From positions 36,704,001 through 36,768,000 of the forward strand of contig OY740805.1 in assembly GCA_963514005.1 (NCBI GenBank): 64,000 nucleotides of DNA. Reading direction: 5' to 3'. The stretch comes from Raja brachyura. Lineage: Eukaryota. Positions 52,085 through 64,000 of the stretch are shown in pieces (the stretch's first letter is position 1; every line of letters starts with the position of its first letter). The position numbers and the translations under genes were made by a program. The notes beneath the pieces are model-generated. The model saw only the letters and a list, made by a program, of their open reading frames with translations, searched no databases and was not told where the DNA came from.

Positions 52085-52459
52085 GAAAATGACACATCGA
52101 AAAATATAATCTATGCTGACCTGAATATGGACAAGTCGAACAGGAATCACCGTTCCGGTCATTGTGCCAGAGGGAATGGGGCACGGGTCAAAAACCCAGG
52201 CGGAGCCGGACCTCTGTCGGCGGCAGGCGGAAATGAAGACGCGGTCGTGTACTCCGCCTTGAGACACCCCGCTCCGATGGAGAATCGAGCTTCGGCGGCA
52301 GGTGGAAGGGAAGACCCGGTCGTCTACTCTGCCTTGAGACATCTGGCTCCGACGGACAATCCAGCATCGAGCAAGCAGAAGAAGAATACCAGAAGAAAGG
52401 ACCAACAGGTTGTGTACGCAACCGTGAATGCTCAACGTCCACCAGTTCTGCATCACTGA
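52085..52459 (+). CDS. Gene C last exon: cytoplasmic tail with four ITIMs (IIYADL, VVYSAL x2, VVYATV)
   Basis: gcattccag| phase 0, open to TGA 52457-52459; motifs at 52106-52123, 52244-52261, 52319-52336 and 52409-52426 fit (I/V)xYxx(L/V). Confidence 0.9.
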   Translation, partial: ENDTSKNIIYADLNMDKSNRNHRSGHCARGNGARVKNPGGAGPLSAAGGNEDAVVYSALRHPAPMENRASAAGGREDPVVYSALRHLAPTDNPASSKQKKNTRRKDQQVVYATVNAQRPPVLHH

Positions 52460-52597
52460 ACATTGGGAATGAGATGACTGTACTAGACGGCGGATCTCTC
52501 TTAGTTTAGTTCAGTAACGCGGAAACAGGCCCTTCGGGCCCCCGAGTCTGCGCCGACCAGCGCTACTAGCACTAACCTACACACATTAGGGGCAATT

Positions 52598-55500
52598 CTT
52601 CTTTTTTTTTGCACTGTTCTTGTTTTTTTTGATAAACATTTTTATTAGAAGTAACTACATATCGTAATTAAAATATTTCATGTCTATCAGTCACACATTG
52701 TTAATGTTATCATTTGCTTATTGACTCTGTTTCTAGTTTTTTTTATTGATGGAGAATAAGAAATAAAATAGAAGCATGATAACGAAGAATTGAATAATTT
52801 ACTAATAATACAACATTGGAGATAGGTTCGTAAATTATAAAGTATAACTTTTCATCTAATCCTGAGTTCGAGCTGCAGTCAGGTTCCCGTGCTGAACCAA
52901 TCTTCCCCTTCAAATAGTCAATAAATGGAGACCATATTCTGACAAAAAGTTCTTGTTTGACCATTAAGACAAGTCCAGTAATTTCCAAATGTAAGGTGTT
53001 CGACATTTCCATAATCCACATTGTAATTGTGGGGTTTATAGGACCTTTCCAAAATGTTAATATTATTTTCTTCACAGTTATTATACTATAGTTGAGAACG
53101 TTTATTTGGCTTGTTGCAAGTGTTAGGCTTTGTTCTGATATTCCTAGTGTTATTAGTTTTGAGTCGGGATCCAATTGGGTGTTGACAACTTCAGAAGTTA
53201 TTCTAAAAATATTCGTCGAGAATTTTTTGATTTTTATTCAGTTTACGAATGCACGAGTTAAGTTAGCCTCTAAATGCTTACATTTATCACAGATAGGAGA
53301 CATATGTGGGAAGATTATATTTAGTTTTGTATTGGAGTAATGTAATCTGTGTAATAATTCAAATTGTATTAAAGAGTGTCTGGCATTTAACGAGCATTGA
53401 TGTCTATGTTGCAAACTATCGTCCCAAATATCTTTCATTATTGATTGGCCTAGTTCATTTTACCACGTTTGCCTATATAATTCCGTCGGTGGTACCTCAT
53501 TATCTAATATGATATTATAAATATGAAATATTTATTTATGTGTATGAGGATGTTTATTCAAATATTCATCAAGAGTTTCTGGATCTCTAATACTATAGTC
53601 TTGTGTATTTGTTTTAATATAATCTCTAAGTTGTAAATATCTCAAAAAAGTCATTTGTGTGGAGTCCATACGTCTGCTGTAACTCCTGAAATGAAAGAAA
53701 GGTGCCTTTCTGATAGAGATGCCCCACCTTTTAAATTCCATAATTTTTCCATTGTGTGAAACTTTTATCCAACATAGAAGGTCCAAATGAAGGGTAATTT
53801 ACAATGGGATGAATAAGTCTTTTTTCATTGTTTCCAGATTCGTATACCACTATATATTATAGGGTTTTACTATAGGATTTGTTGTTCAATTTTGTGCGAG
53901 CAAACAGAATCGAACTAATTTCATAGGGTAAACAGTCTTCCTTTTCCATCTTTAACCAGTCAGGTTGCTGGTCCTTTTCTACCAACCAAAATTTCATATT
54001 TTTAATGTAACTGCCCAGAAAAAAAACACAACATTCGGTAAAGCTATACCTCCATTTGTCTTTGTTTTACATAAATGTTTTTTGCATATTCTATGATTCT
54101 TATAATGCCAAATAAAATTAGTGACGAAGGAAGATATATCGGAATTGATTGAAAGAGGTACAATAATTGCGGTGGAAAAATACATTTTATAGCATTAATT
54201 CTACCAAACATTGAGATAGGAAGTGTTTTCCAATACTGAATATTCTTGTGTAGTTTATTCAGTAAAGGGGGGAAGTTTAATTTGAATAAAGAAGTATATG
54301 TCTTAGTTACATAAATTCCTAGATATTTAAGTTTTTCATTAACTATTTTAAATGGGGATTGTTGAATTCCGTTATTGGCATGATTTCGCTTTTATTCCAA
54401 TTAATTCTGTATCCCGCGAACAAACCGAATTGAGTTATTAGAATAATAGATTTGGAATACAAATTTCTGGGTTTGTAATGAAAATTAATACATCATCTGC
54501 ATATAAATAATTTTTATTCACAGTGTCTTTAGTATTATACCCGTGTATTTCTGGATGGACCCTAACACCTTCTGCTAGTGGCTCAATAGCGAGAGCGAAT
54601 AATGATGGAGATAGCGGGCATCCTTGGCTACAACCTCTAGATGTTACATTTAGTTGATAACATTTGGTTTGTTAATATTCTAGCTGTTGGGTTAGTATAT
54701 AAAGGTTTTACCCATGGGCAGAACTTCTCGCCCAATTGACATTTTTCCGTCACCGAAAATAGATAGGGCCATGCCACCTGATCAAATGCTTTCTCGGCAG
54801 CTAACGAAATAATTGCTAGGTCTACGTTTGTAATTCTCTTTGAGTATATCATATTGAATAATCGTCTCAAATTATAAGATGAGTAAAGTTTTGGGATAAA
54901 ACCTGTTTGGTCAGGGTGTATTAATTTAATAATCACTGTAGTTAATCTTTGTGCTAGGATTTCAGTTAATATTTTCTGATCAGTATTTAAGAGAGCTATT
55001 GCTCTATATGAACCTGGGTCTTCAGGGTCCTTATCTGTTTTTGGTATTTGTTTTGGTAAGTGTTATTATAGATTCATTTAACGTTTCTGGCAGTTTATGT
55101 TGAGTATAAGTGTACACATACAGTGGTTGTAAACGTGGGAAGATCATATCATATTTTTTAAAATAAAATTCAGAACTTATACCTTCGAGCCTAATAGACT
55201 CTTCAATATATTTTACTGTTATTTCAGAACCAAGTCATTCTCTCTCCTTCAAATCAAAACCTTTAAGTTTACATTTATGTAAGAATGCTTCTATTCCTGC
55301 CGAGTGTACGGTCGTTTTGGCTCAGTAAAGATTTTGATAATATTGCAGGTATCTCTCATTGATATCCGTGGGCAGTCCAGTTTTCGAAGTTGACGTGCTA
55401 ATAGTTGTTGTGGTTTGTCACTGAATTCAAAATGTAATTGTTTAGTATGCTGATAAAATATTATAACTTGAGCTGAGTATATTGTATTTTATTCATATTT

Positions 55501-58500
55501 CAGTACTGCAATTTTATTGTGTTTTATCATAGATGGCGAAGCCGCATTTTCTATGTCTAATTGCCTTATTCCCCTTTCCAGTATCTGTTGCTTTGCCCGA
55601 TTCTCTTTATTATGAAATGCTTGGGAAGAGATTAATGCTCCTCGAGCAAATGCTTTAAATGTTTCCCAGAGAGGTGGGCAGGCGTTCCAGGGCGGTCATT
55701 AGTCTCAAAAAACATATTAATCTGTATAGTAAGATATTCCTGACATCGGTTTTCATTTAACATTTGTGGGTTAAGGCTCCATTGTGTCTGTTTCTCGGCC
55801 ATTCCATTTAATTTAATCATAAATGTTAAGGGTGCATGGTCCGAGATTATAACATTATGATATTTCGAGTTGCAGACAAATGGGATGAACTCTACTAAAA
55901 AAGAGTCTATTCTTGAATAGGTTTTATGTACCGGTGAATAAAATGAGCATTCTCGTCCGATTGAGTTTTCGATTCTCCAGACGTCCTTGATGTTAGTAGT
56001 ATTAATATATGAGTTCAGAAATTCACTTGACTGAGATTTAACATTTCTTTGGCTTGATAATCTGTCTAAATAAGTGCCTAGTGTACAATTTAAGTCAACT
56101 ACAATTATTAATTTGTGTTGTGTGAGTTCCGGAATTGCATTGAATGTTTTCTTGAAAAACAAGAGATTATTAAAATCTGGTCCATAAACATCAAGAAGAA
56201 TCACTTTTTTTTGCGTATAGCCCACTTATTAATACAATCTATCTGCCATCAATGTCCGTTATAATTAATGTATGCTTAAAAAGTATCCCTTTACGGATTA
56301 ATATTGCAACTCCTCTGGATTTATGTGAGAATGGGGAATGATACGTTTTAGCAATCCATCTTGTGTTCAATCTGTGTTGTGCTTCCTTTTAAGGTGAGGT
56401 TCCTGGAGGAATATTATATCTGTTTTAAGTGATTTAAATGTGCTAATTCTTTACCTCTCTTGATTGGTTCATTAATTCGCTAAACATTCCAACTACAAAA
56501 TGTGATTCCTTCACCCCCAATTTTCATATTAACGTCTTGCATCTTATGTTTAGGGTGGTCTATAAAAGAACAGATGGCTCAACATACTAAACCCGACATT
56601 ACACCCGAACATCAGATCGATTAGTTTATAAATATCGTAGGTCTTTCTCCCGTACATATCTCCTTAGGTAAAACTTATAATTACATTCAAAATTAAAATT
56701 ATAATAAGGCGTAAAGTAAAGAGGGTGATAGAATAGATGGTTAGTGAAGTGCAAAAGAAAGGAAAAAACTACATCTATAATTCGTGTAGTTAGTGATCGC
56801 CACACTAACGTGGCTAGCCATCTAAAGACTTCCGTAGCCTTTGAAACAAAAATTACTAGCTCCATGCTTTCCTCAAAAACAAATTAAATAAAAACAATTT
56901 ATTGGGGAGGGGGAAAACATTTTAAGATCCAAAATACTTATAATCCATTAATAAAAAAGTTATTATTCTAAAGATACAATATTAATTTCATATTTATCTA
57001 AAAAAAAGTTTTTTAATCGAACCCCCCCCCCCCCCAAAACCTTATTAATAAATTGCCTAAATCAAACCCCATACTTCATACTTTAATTAATTCTAAGCAA
57101 GCCAATGAATGCTAATTAGTAATAATTCGTAATAATAATTAGTAATTACAAGTAATTGTGATTGCTAGTAATCAATAATTAATTATCTTTCATAATAATA
57201 CTAAAATATAAATGTAATATATCAATAGGAAAAAACTTGCTCAACTATCATTATCAATTTTCATTAGTCCTTAAGTATAACCATTTAAAGTTCAATCAGT
57301 TCTCTACAGGGTCACGATGTTCGGTGACGTCGGGTAGTTCATGAGCATTGTTCAGTCATCAGTCATATTCTCAATGTTCTGGGCGAAATCAAGTGCTTCG
57401 TTATGGTCAGTGAAGAGACCTTCCTCATGTCTCTTCCTCATGTAGGTGACTCTCTGTGTTGCGGGATACATCAGGCCATATCTCAGATCTGCTTTGTTCT
57501 TAAGTATTCTTCTCTTCTCTGTAAACTGCGCTCTCTTCCTGGAGAGCTCAACAGGATAGTCTTTAAAGATGCTGATCCTTCTCCTTCAAATATGAGCTCT
57601 CTGTTACGGACAATTGTCTTCATCATGACATCCAATACATGGTCGTATTGCACCTTCACTATCAGTTGTCTTGGGGGGGGGGCGTCTACCCGTGGGCCGC
57701 GTCTCAGCGCTCTATGTGCTCGACCTAGTAAAGGTTTTTGATCCAGATTTAAGACTTTTTTTAATGAGCCCGCAGCAAATTCACGGTGGACTCTGCTACC
57801 CTCTCTTCCTTCTAGGACGTCGACAAATATTAAATTCTGGCGTCTCTGACGTCCCCCCGAGTCAATACATTTTTCCGTTATTTTACTCAATAAGTCTGAT
57901 AAACGCTTGTTCTCCAGGAGATGTTTTTTGTAGTTTCAGCACTTGTCGCAGCAATTTCCTCTAATTGAGTTATTGGTGTACTTTGTTGATCTAATGCCCC
58001 AATGATGGGATACAACCAAGCGTTAAAGCTGGATTCCATCACATTGATTTTACCATTTACCTCTTCAATCTGTTGAGCAAGATTTTCTTCCATTGTTATC
58101 TTCCAGGCTTTCAATACTTCGTGAACAGTGGAGGTGATTTATTCTATTAAATTCTCCTTTGAAAGATTGTTCTTCTTTAAGTTCTTCTTTAAAGTTCTGT
58201 TTTTCATTAAAAAAATTCAGTTGTCCTTCTACATTTGCAATTTCTAGAGATAGAAAACTTCGAAGGTCTTCTATTTCTGTTTTCTTTTTACCGTGTTTTC
58301 TTTGACACATCTGCCTGGGACGACGTTAAAACTGAGCCCGAGACTTCAGTCGGGCCTACTTCTTTCGCCGGTTGCCAGGGCTCAACGGCCTTTTTCGTCA
58401 TGGGTGGGTATGTTGCATAGACATACCGGATGAGTCCCGCGCCTGATGACGTCACTCGCTCGTTAGAAGCAGCTGGCGCAATAACAGCAGGTCAGTCCCT

Positions 58501-58584
58501 TTCTTTCTCCCCCGTTTTCAGTGGTCTTTGCGTGGAGCAAACTTGCGCTGGTCTCTATCCCTCCATAGCTCCACCTGAAATCCC
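52598..58584 (-). mobile_element. Near full-length decayed L1 (ORF1 about 57480-58310, ORF2 about 52740-56540) inserted just downstream of the gene C stop
   Basis: ORF1 RRQNLIFV and RAHRAL motifs; ORF2 [31 protein letters not shown]; poly(T) at left; splits a SINE (caatt at both 52593 and 58585). Confidence 0.9.
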
Positions 58585-59232
58585 CAATTTACAATTTTTG
58601 CCGAAGCCAAATTAAACCACAAACCCGAACGTCTTTGGAGTGTGGGAGGAAAGCGGAGCACGCGGGGAAACACACGCGGGTAACGCGGCGAAATTAAAAA
58701 GTCCGTGCAGACAGCACCCATAGTCAGGATCGAACCCGGTAGCTTGTTCCATGCGCCCAGCCAATTAAATGTAACATTTCCAAGTTTGCGGGTAACACTA
58801 AATTGGGTGGCAGTGTGAGCTGCGAGGAGGATGCTATGAGGCTGCAGGGTGACTTGGACAGGTTGGGTGAGTGGCCAGATGCATGGCAGATATAGTAAAA
58901 TGTGGGTTATAAATGCAGTATAAATGTAGTATAAAAGGCCGAATGGCCTACTCCTGCACACATTTTCTATGTTTCTACGTTTCTAATTAATTCCAACAGC
59001 TTTGGAGCAGTCTAATAGTTATTTCTGGAAGACTTGTATTATGATAAGACACGAGTGCCATTGCATTGAATTAAATTTACTAACAAATGACCATTCGTGT
59101 AAATATCGATGGAAATATTGCCTATGCTATTTGTGTGAGGGATTTTGAAGGAGGGAGATATATTATGACATGCGAATGGTTGTTATGCATCAACAATTCA
59201 GTGTTGCCTGTGGTTGAAATATTCCATACTTC

Positions 59233-59238
59233 AATAAA
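59233..59238 (+). terminator. Candidate ancestral poly(A) signal of gene C (mirror TTTATT at 62613-62618)
   Basis: AATAAA in a unique AT-rich segment, conserved in both arms of the inverted duplication. Confidence 0.4.
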
Positions 59239-60249
59239 GTTTTGAAATGATATCACACCGATTATTTAATATCGAGTTCTGATTTCCTTCCGCCTTTACG
59301 CCAATTGACTCCAACGTTCTCTCCGTGACCGCGTGAGTTTTCCCCGAGATCTTCTGTTTCCTCCCACACTCCAAAGATATACAGTTTTGTAGGTTAATTG
59401 GCTGGTTGTATGTGTAAATTGTCCCTGGTGTGTGTGATCATATTGAATGTCGGTGCTGGCTCGAATGGCCGAATGGCCGCCTACTGCACCTATTTTTCTA
59501 CCTTTCTATGTTTTTCTATGTGTAGGACAGTGTTAATGTGTGCGGGGATCGCTGGTCGGCGTAGACCCGGTGGGCCAAAGGGCCTCTTACCGCGCTGTAT
59601 CTCTAAACTAAACTAAACACAAGACGTGATTAATTTACTACTTAGCGCTGAAGGTAAATTAAGATTTAGTTTCGAGATACAGCGCGGAAACAGGCCAGTC
59701 GGCCTAGCAGGCCCGCGCCACCCAGTGATCCCCGCACACTTACACCATCCTACACCCACTAGGGATAATTTAATTTTTTATTTTTTTTATTTTAACGTTT
59801 ACCAAACCAATTTAACCTACAAACTTGCACGTCCGTGGAGTGTGGGAGGAAACCGAATTTCTCGGAGAAAATCCACGCAGGTCACGCAGAGAACGTACAA
59901 ACCCCGTACAGACAGCGCCCGTAGTCGGGATCGAACCCGGGTCTCTCGCGCTATGAGTCAGTAGCTCTACCGCAACCTCATCGGTAAGCAAAATATGTAG
60001 TTCGATAGCGAACTACATTTGACGCTCTACAACGCTCTATGTGCTGTAAGAACATTTAAGAGACATTTGGACAGGGCAGGTTTGGAGAGATACGGAGCAT
60101 AAACGCAGGCGGTTGGGACGAGTGTCGATGGGGCATCCTGGTCGACATGGGCAAGAAATAATATAGAGCCGATCAATCCAGCCAGAAGTGTAAGTGCAGA
60201 GTACCCCCTTGTGAAATTGTACAGAGAAAAAGATAAAGGGTCTTGGAGA

Positions 60250-60280
<31 letters not shown>

Positions 60281-61096
60281 TGTACACCTAGAGGCACTGA
60301 TATTAAGAAAACACTTTTTCACTAATCTCATCTGAAATGGAGGTAAGAGACAACATTTCCGACCTTACCTCAGACTGGAGAAGGGTACAGACCTGAGATT
60401 ACCTCATCCATTTCCCTCTATAGATGCTGCCTGACCCGGTGACTTCCTCCAGCACTTCGCATTTTCCTCAAGATTCCTAGAATTGCAGCTCCTCGTGTTT
60501 CCAGGACGTTGACGATTTTCAATGATGGTACTTAATTGTCACAGTGACTTTTTTGTTTGGCAGCATTCGAATTTGCACTAAAACAAAGAGCAGTACAGCA
60601 CAGAGACGGGCCTTCGGCCCACAATGTTTGTGCGGAACATGATGCCAAGTTCATCTGATCTAATCTGCCCATACAGCATCCATTTCCCTCTGATCCCTGC
60701 ACTCGCTTGAGTCGTTTCGGGTCAGATCTCTTCCTCAGACATCGAAGACACTTCTCACCATAGATTTGTCCCGACCGGAGGTAAACAAAAATGCTGGAGA
60801 AACTCAGCGGGTGCAGCAGCATCTATGGAGCGAAGGCAATGTTTCGGGCCGAAACCCTTCTTCAGACCGACCGGCACCTCTTCATTGTGAAGAAGGGTCT
60901 CGACCCGAAACGTCGCCTATCTCCTTCACTCCTTAGATGCTGCTGCACCCGCTGAGTTTCTCCAGCTTTTTGTGTAACCCTCGATTCTCCAGCATCTGCA
61001 GTTCCTTCTTTAACACCTCTTCATTGTTATCCGTCACCAGAAGAGGGCGCTCCAACCCAGAATTATGGAGGGATGGAAACAAGCCCTTCAGCCCAA

Positions 61097-64000
61097 CTTG
61101 CCCATGTCGACCAAGGTGCCCCATCTACACTCGTCCCAACCGCCTGCGTTTATGCCCCGTATCTCTCTAAACCTGCCCTGTCCAAATGTTTCTTAAATGT
61201 TCTTGCAGCAAATAGAGCGTTGTATAGCGTCAAATGTGGTTCCCTGTCGAACCACAGATTTTGCTTACCTTTGAGATAGCGGCAGAGCTGCTGCCTCACA
61301 GCGCCAGAGACCGGTGTTCGATCCCGACTACGGGTGCGGTCTGTACGGAGTTTGCACGTTCTTCCCGTGAACTGCATGGGTTTTCTCCGAGATCTTTGGT
61401 TTCCACCCATACTCCAAGGACGTTGAGGTTTGCAGATTAATTGGCATGGTGCATGTAAAATTGTCCATAGTGGATGTAGGATACACACCAATGTGTGGCG
61501 GTGCGAGTTCGATGGGCCAAATGGCCTCCTCCTGCACCTGTTTTCTATGATCGTGCTAATGTGCGGGGATCGCTGGATGGTGGGACAACGGGCCTGTTTC
61601 TGCGCTGTATCTCTAAACTAAACTCTCTTGTTTGCGAAGGCATCTTCCTCCCTCACCTTCTTCCCCCAGCTCCGGCCTCAAAGACCAAGAAAGGCAAAGG
61701 CAACAATCGCCATGAAACGCCAGCCATTTGCAATTCACGTCTCCTACCCGAGATGACACACCACTGATCCTTCATCTTCACCAGATCTACATCTATCAAC
61801 GCTCTGCCCAACGATACGGTGGGTGTACCTTCACTGGAAGGACTGTAATTGTTCAATAAAGTGGATCATTCAGTTTAATTTAGTTTGGAGATAGAGCGCG
61901 GAAACACGCCCTTCGGCCCACCGAGTCCGCGTTGACCAGCGATCCCCGCACACTAACACTATCCTACACCACCAGGGACAATTTTTACATTTACCAAGCC
62001 AATTAACCTACAAACGTGTACGTTGTTGGAGTGTGTGAGGAAACCGAAGTTCTCGGAGTAAACCCACGCAGGTCACTGGGAAAACGTACAAGTGCGCGGG
62101 GATCGCTGGTTGGCGCGGGTCCGCTGGGCCGAAGGGCCTGTGTCCGCGCTGTATCTCTAAACTAAATCTTAGTTTGCCTTCAACGATGACTAAGTAGTAA
62201 ATTAATCACGTCTTGTGTTCAGTTTAGTTTGAGTTTAGAGATACAGCGCGGAAACGCGCCCTTTGGCCCACCGGGTCTTCGCCGACCAGCGATCCCCTCA
62301 CACATTAACACTGTCCTACGCATGGGAAAAACACAGAAACGTAGAAAAATAAGTGCAGGAGTAGGCCACTCGGCCCTTCGAGCAAGCACCGGCATTCAAT
62401 ATGATCATGCACACCAGGGACAATTTACACATACAACCAGCCAATTAACCTACACACCTGTACATCTTTGTAGTGTGGGAGGAAACAGAAGATCTCGAGG
62501 AAAACTACACGCGATCACGGGGAGAACGTGTCTTTGTTGGTGTAAATTGCCGTAAAGGGGAAAGGAAATCAGAACTCGGTGCCAAATACTCGGTGTGATA
62601 CATTTCCAAAACTTTATTGACGTATTGAATGTTTAAACCACAGGTAACACTGAATTGTTGATGTTTAAGAACCATACTTATATCATAATATCTCTCCCTC
62701 CTTCAAAATCCCGCAAACAAATAGCATAGGCAATATTTCCATCGATATTTACACGAATGGTCATTTGTTAGTAAATTTCATTGAATGCAATGGCGCTCGT
62801 GTCTTATGAAAATAAAAGTCTTCCAGAAATAAGTATTAGATTGTACCAAAGTTGTTGGAATTAATTAGAAACATAGAAAATAGGTGCAGGAGTAGGCCCT
62901 TCGGCCCTTTATACTGCATTTATGCTGCATGTATACCCGACATTTTACTGCATCTTCCATGCATCTGCCACTCACCCAACCGATCTAAGTCACCTTGCAG
63001 CCTCATAGCATCCTCCTAGCAGCTCACACTGCCACCCGGCTTTGTGTCATCCGCAAACTTGGAAATGTTACATTTCATAGAATCATAGAAAATAGATGCA
63101 GGAGTAGGCCATTCGGCCCTTCGAACCTGCACCGCCATTCAATATGATCATGGCTGATCATCCAACTCAGTATCCTGTACCTGCCTTCTCTCCATACCCC
63201 CTGATCCCTTTAGCCACAAGGGCCACATCTAACTCCCTCTTAAATATAGCCAATGAACTGGCCTCAACTACCTTCTGTGGCAGAGAATTCCACAGACTCA
63301 CCACTCTCTGTGTGAAAAATGATATTCTCATCTCGGTCCTAAAATACACCCCTTATCCTTAAACTGTGACCGCTTGTTCCCAACAGCGGGAACAATCTTC
63401 CTGCAGCTAGCCTGTCCAACCCCTTAAGAATTTTGTACGTTTCTGTATGATCCCCCCTCAATCTCCTAAATTTCAGCGAATACAAGCCGAGCCTATCCAG
63501 CCTTTCTTCAGATGGAAGTCCTGCCATCCCAGGAATCAGTCTGGTGAACTTTCTCTGTACTCCCTCTCTGGCAAGAATGTCTTTCCTCAGATTAGGAGAC
63601 CAAAACTGTACGCAATACTCCAGGTGTGGCCTCACCAAGACCCTGTACAACTGCAGTAGAACCTCCCTGATCTGGAACTCAAATTCTTTTGCTATGAATT
63701 TATTGGGTGGGTGCATGGAACAAGCCACCGGGTTCGATCCTGAAAACGGGTGCTGTCTGCACGGAGTTTTTAGATTCTCCCCGTAACCGCGTGGATTTTC
63801 CCCGGGTGCTCCGGTTTCCTCCCACACTCCAAAGACGTTCGGTTTCGTGGTCTAATTTGGCTTCGGCAAAAATGGTAAATTGTCCCTAATGTGTGAAGAA
63901 TAGTGCTAGTAGCGCTGGTCGGCGCGGACTCGCGGAGCCGAAGGGCCTGTTTCCGCGTTACTAAAATAAACTAAGAGAGCGCCGCCGCCTAGTACAATCC
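61097..64000 (-). repeat. Right arm of an inverted segmental duplication (left arm 52475-52597 plus 58585-60155)
   Basis: E.g. 58981-59170 is the reverse complement of 62680-62870; 63880-64000 is the reverse complement of 52475-52597. Confidence 0.9.
63075..63695 (-). mobile_element. CR1 3' fragment specific to the right arm
   Basis: LVRPHLEYCVQFWSP motif; absent from the left arm at about 58768. Confidence 0.85.

Overview
Vertebrate genomic DNA, most likely a cartilaginous fish (skate/ray-type repeat landscape of CR1, L1, Rex1/Babar and Penelope-like retroelements and tRNA-derived SINEs; organism is inferred). Most of the window is decayed transposons, and there are three assembly gaps. Hidden among them is a tandem cluster of single-V-domain (germline-joined V-J type, NKp30/NCR3-like) immunoglobulin-superfamily receptor genes on the + strand that looks like a paired activating/inhibitory system. 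Gene A (leader 8433-8475, V 8697-9029, TM 13502-13653) and gene B (leader from 25831, V 27173-27505, TM 28605-28765) have a transmembrane lysine and a short tyrosine-free tail, the adaptor-coupled activating layout; their TM reading frames are missing from the supplied ORF track. Gene C (V 42725-43057, uncharged TM 45012-45143, mini-exon 47447-47478, last exon 52085-52459) carries four ITIM motifs. A pseudo-V exon lies inside gene A. An inverted duplication of gene C's 3' flank runs to the window end and predicts a convergent paralog starting about 16 bp beyond base 64000. All exon models come from manually read splice sites and phases; there is no transcript evidence here.
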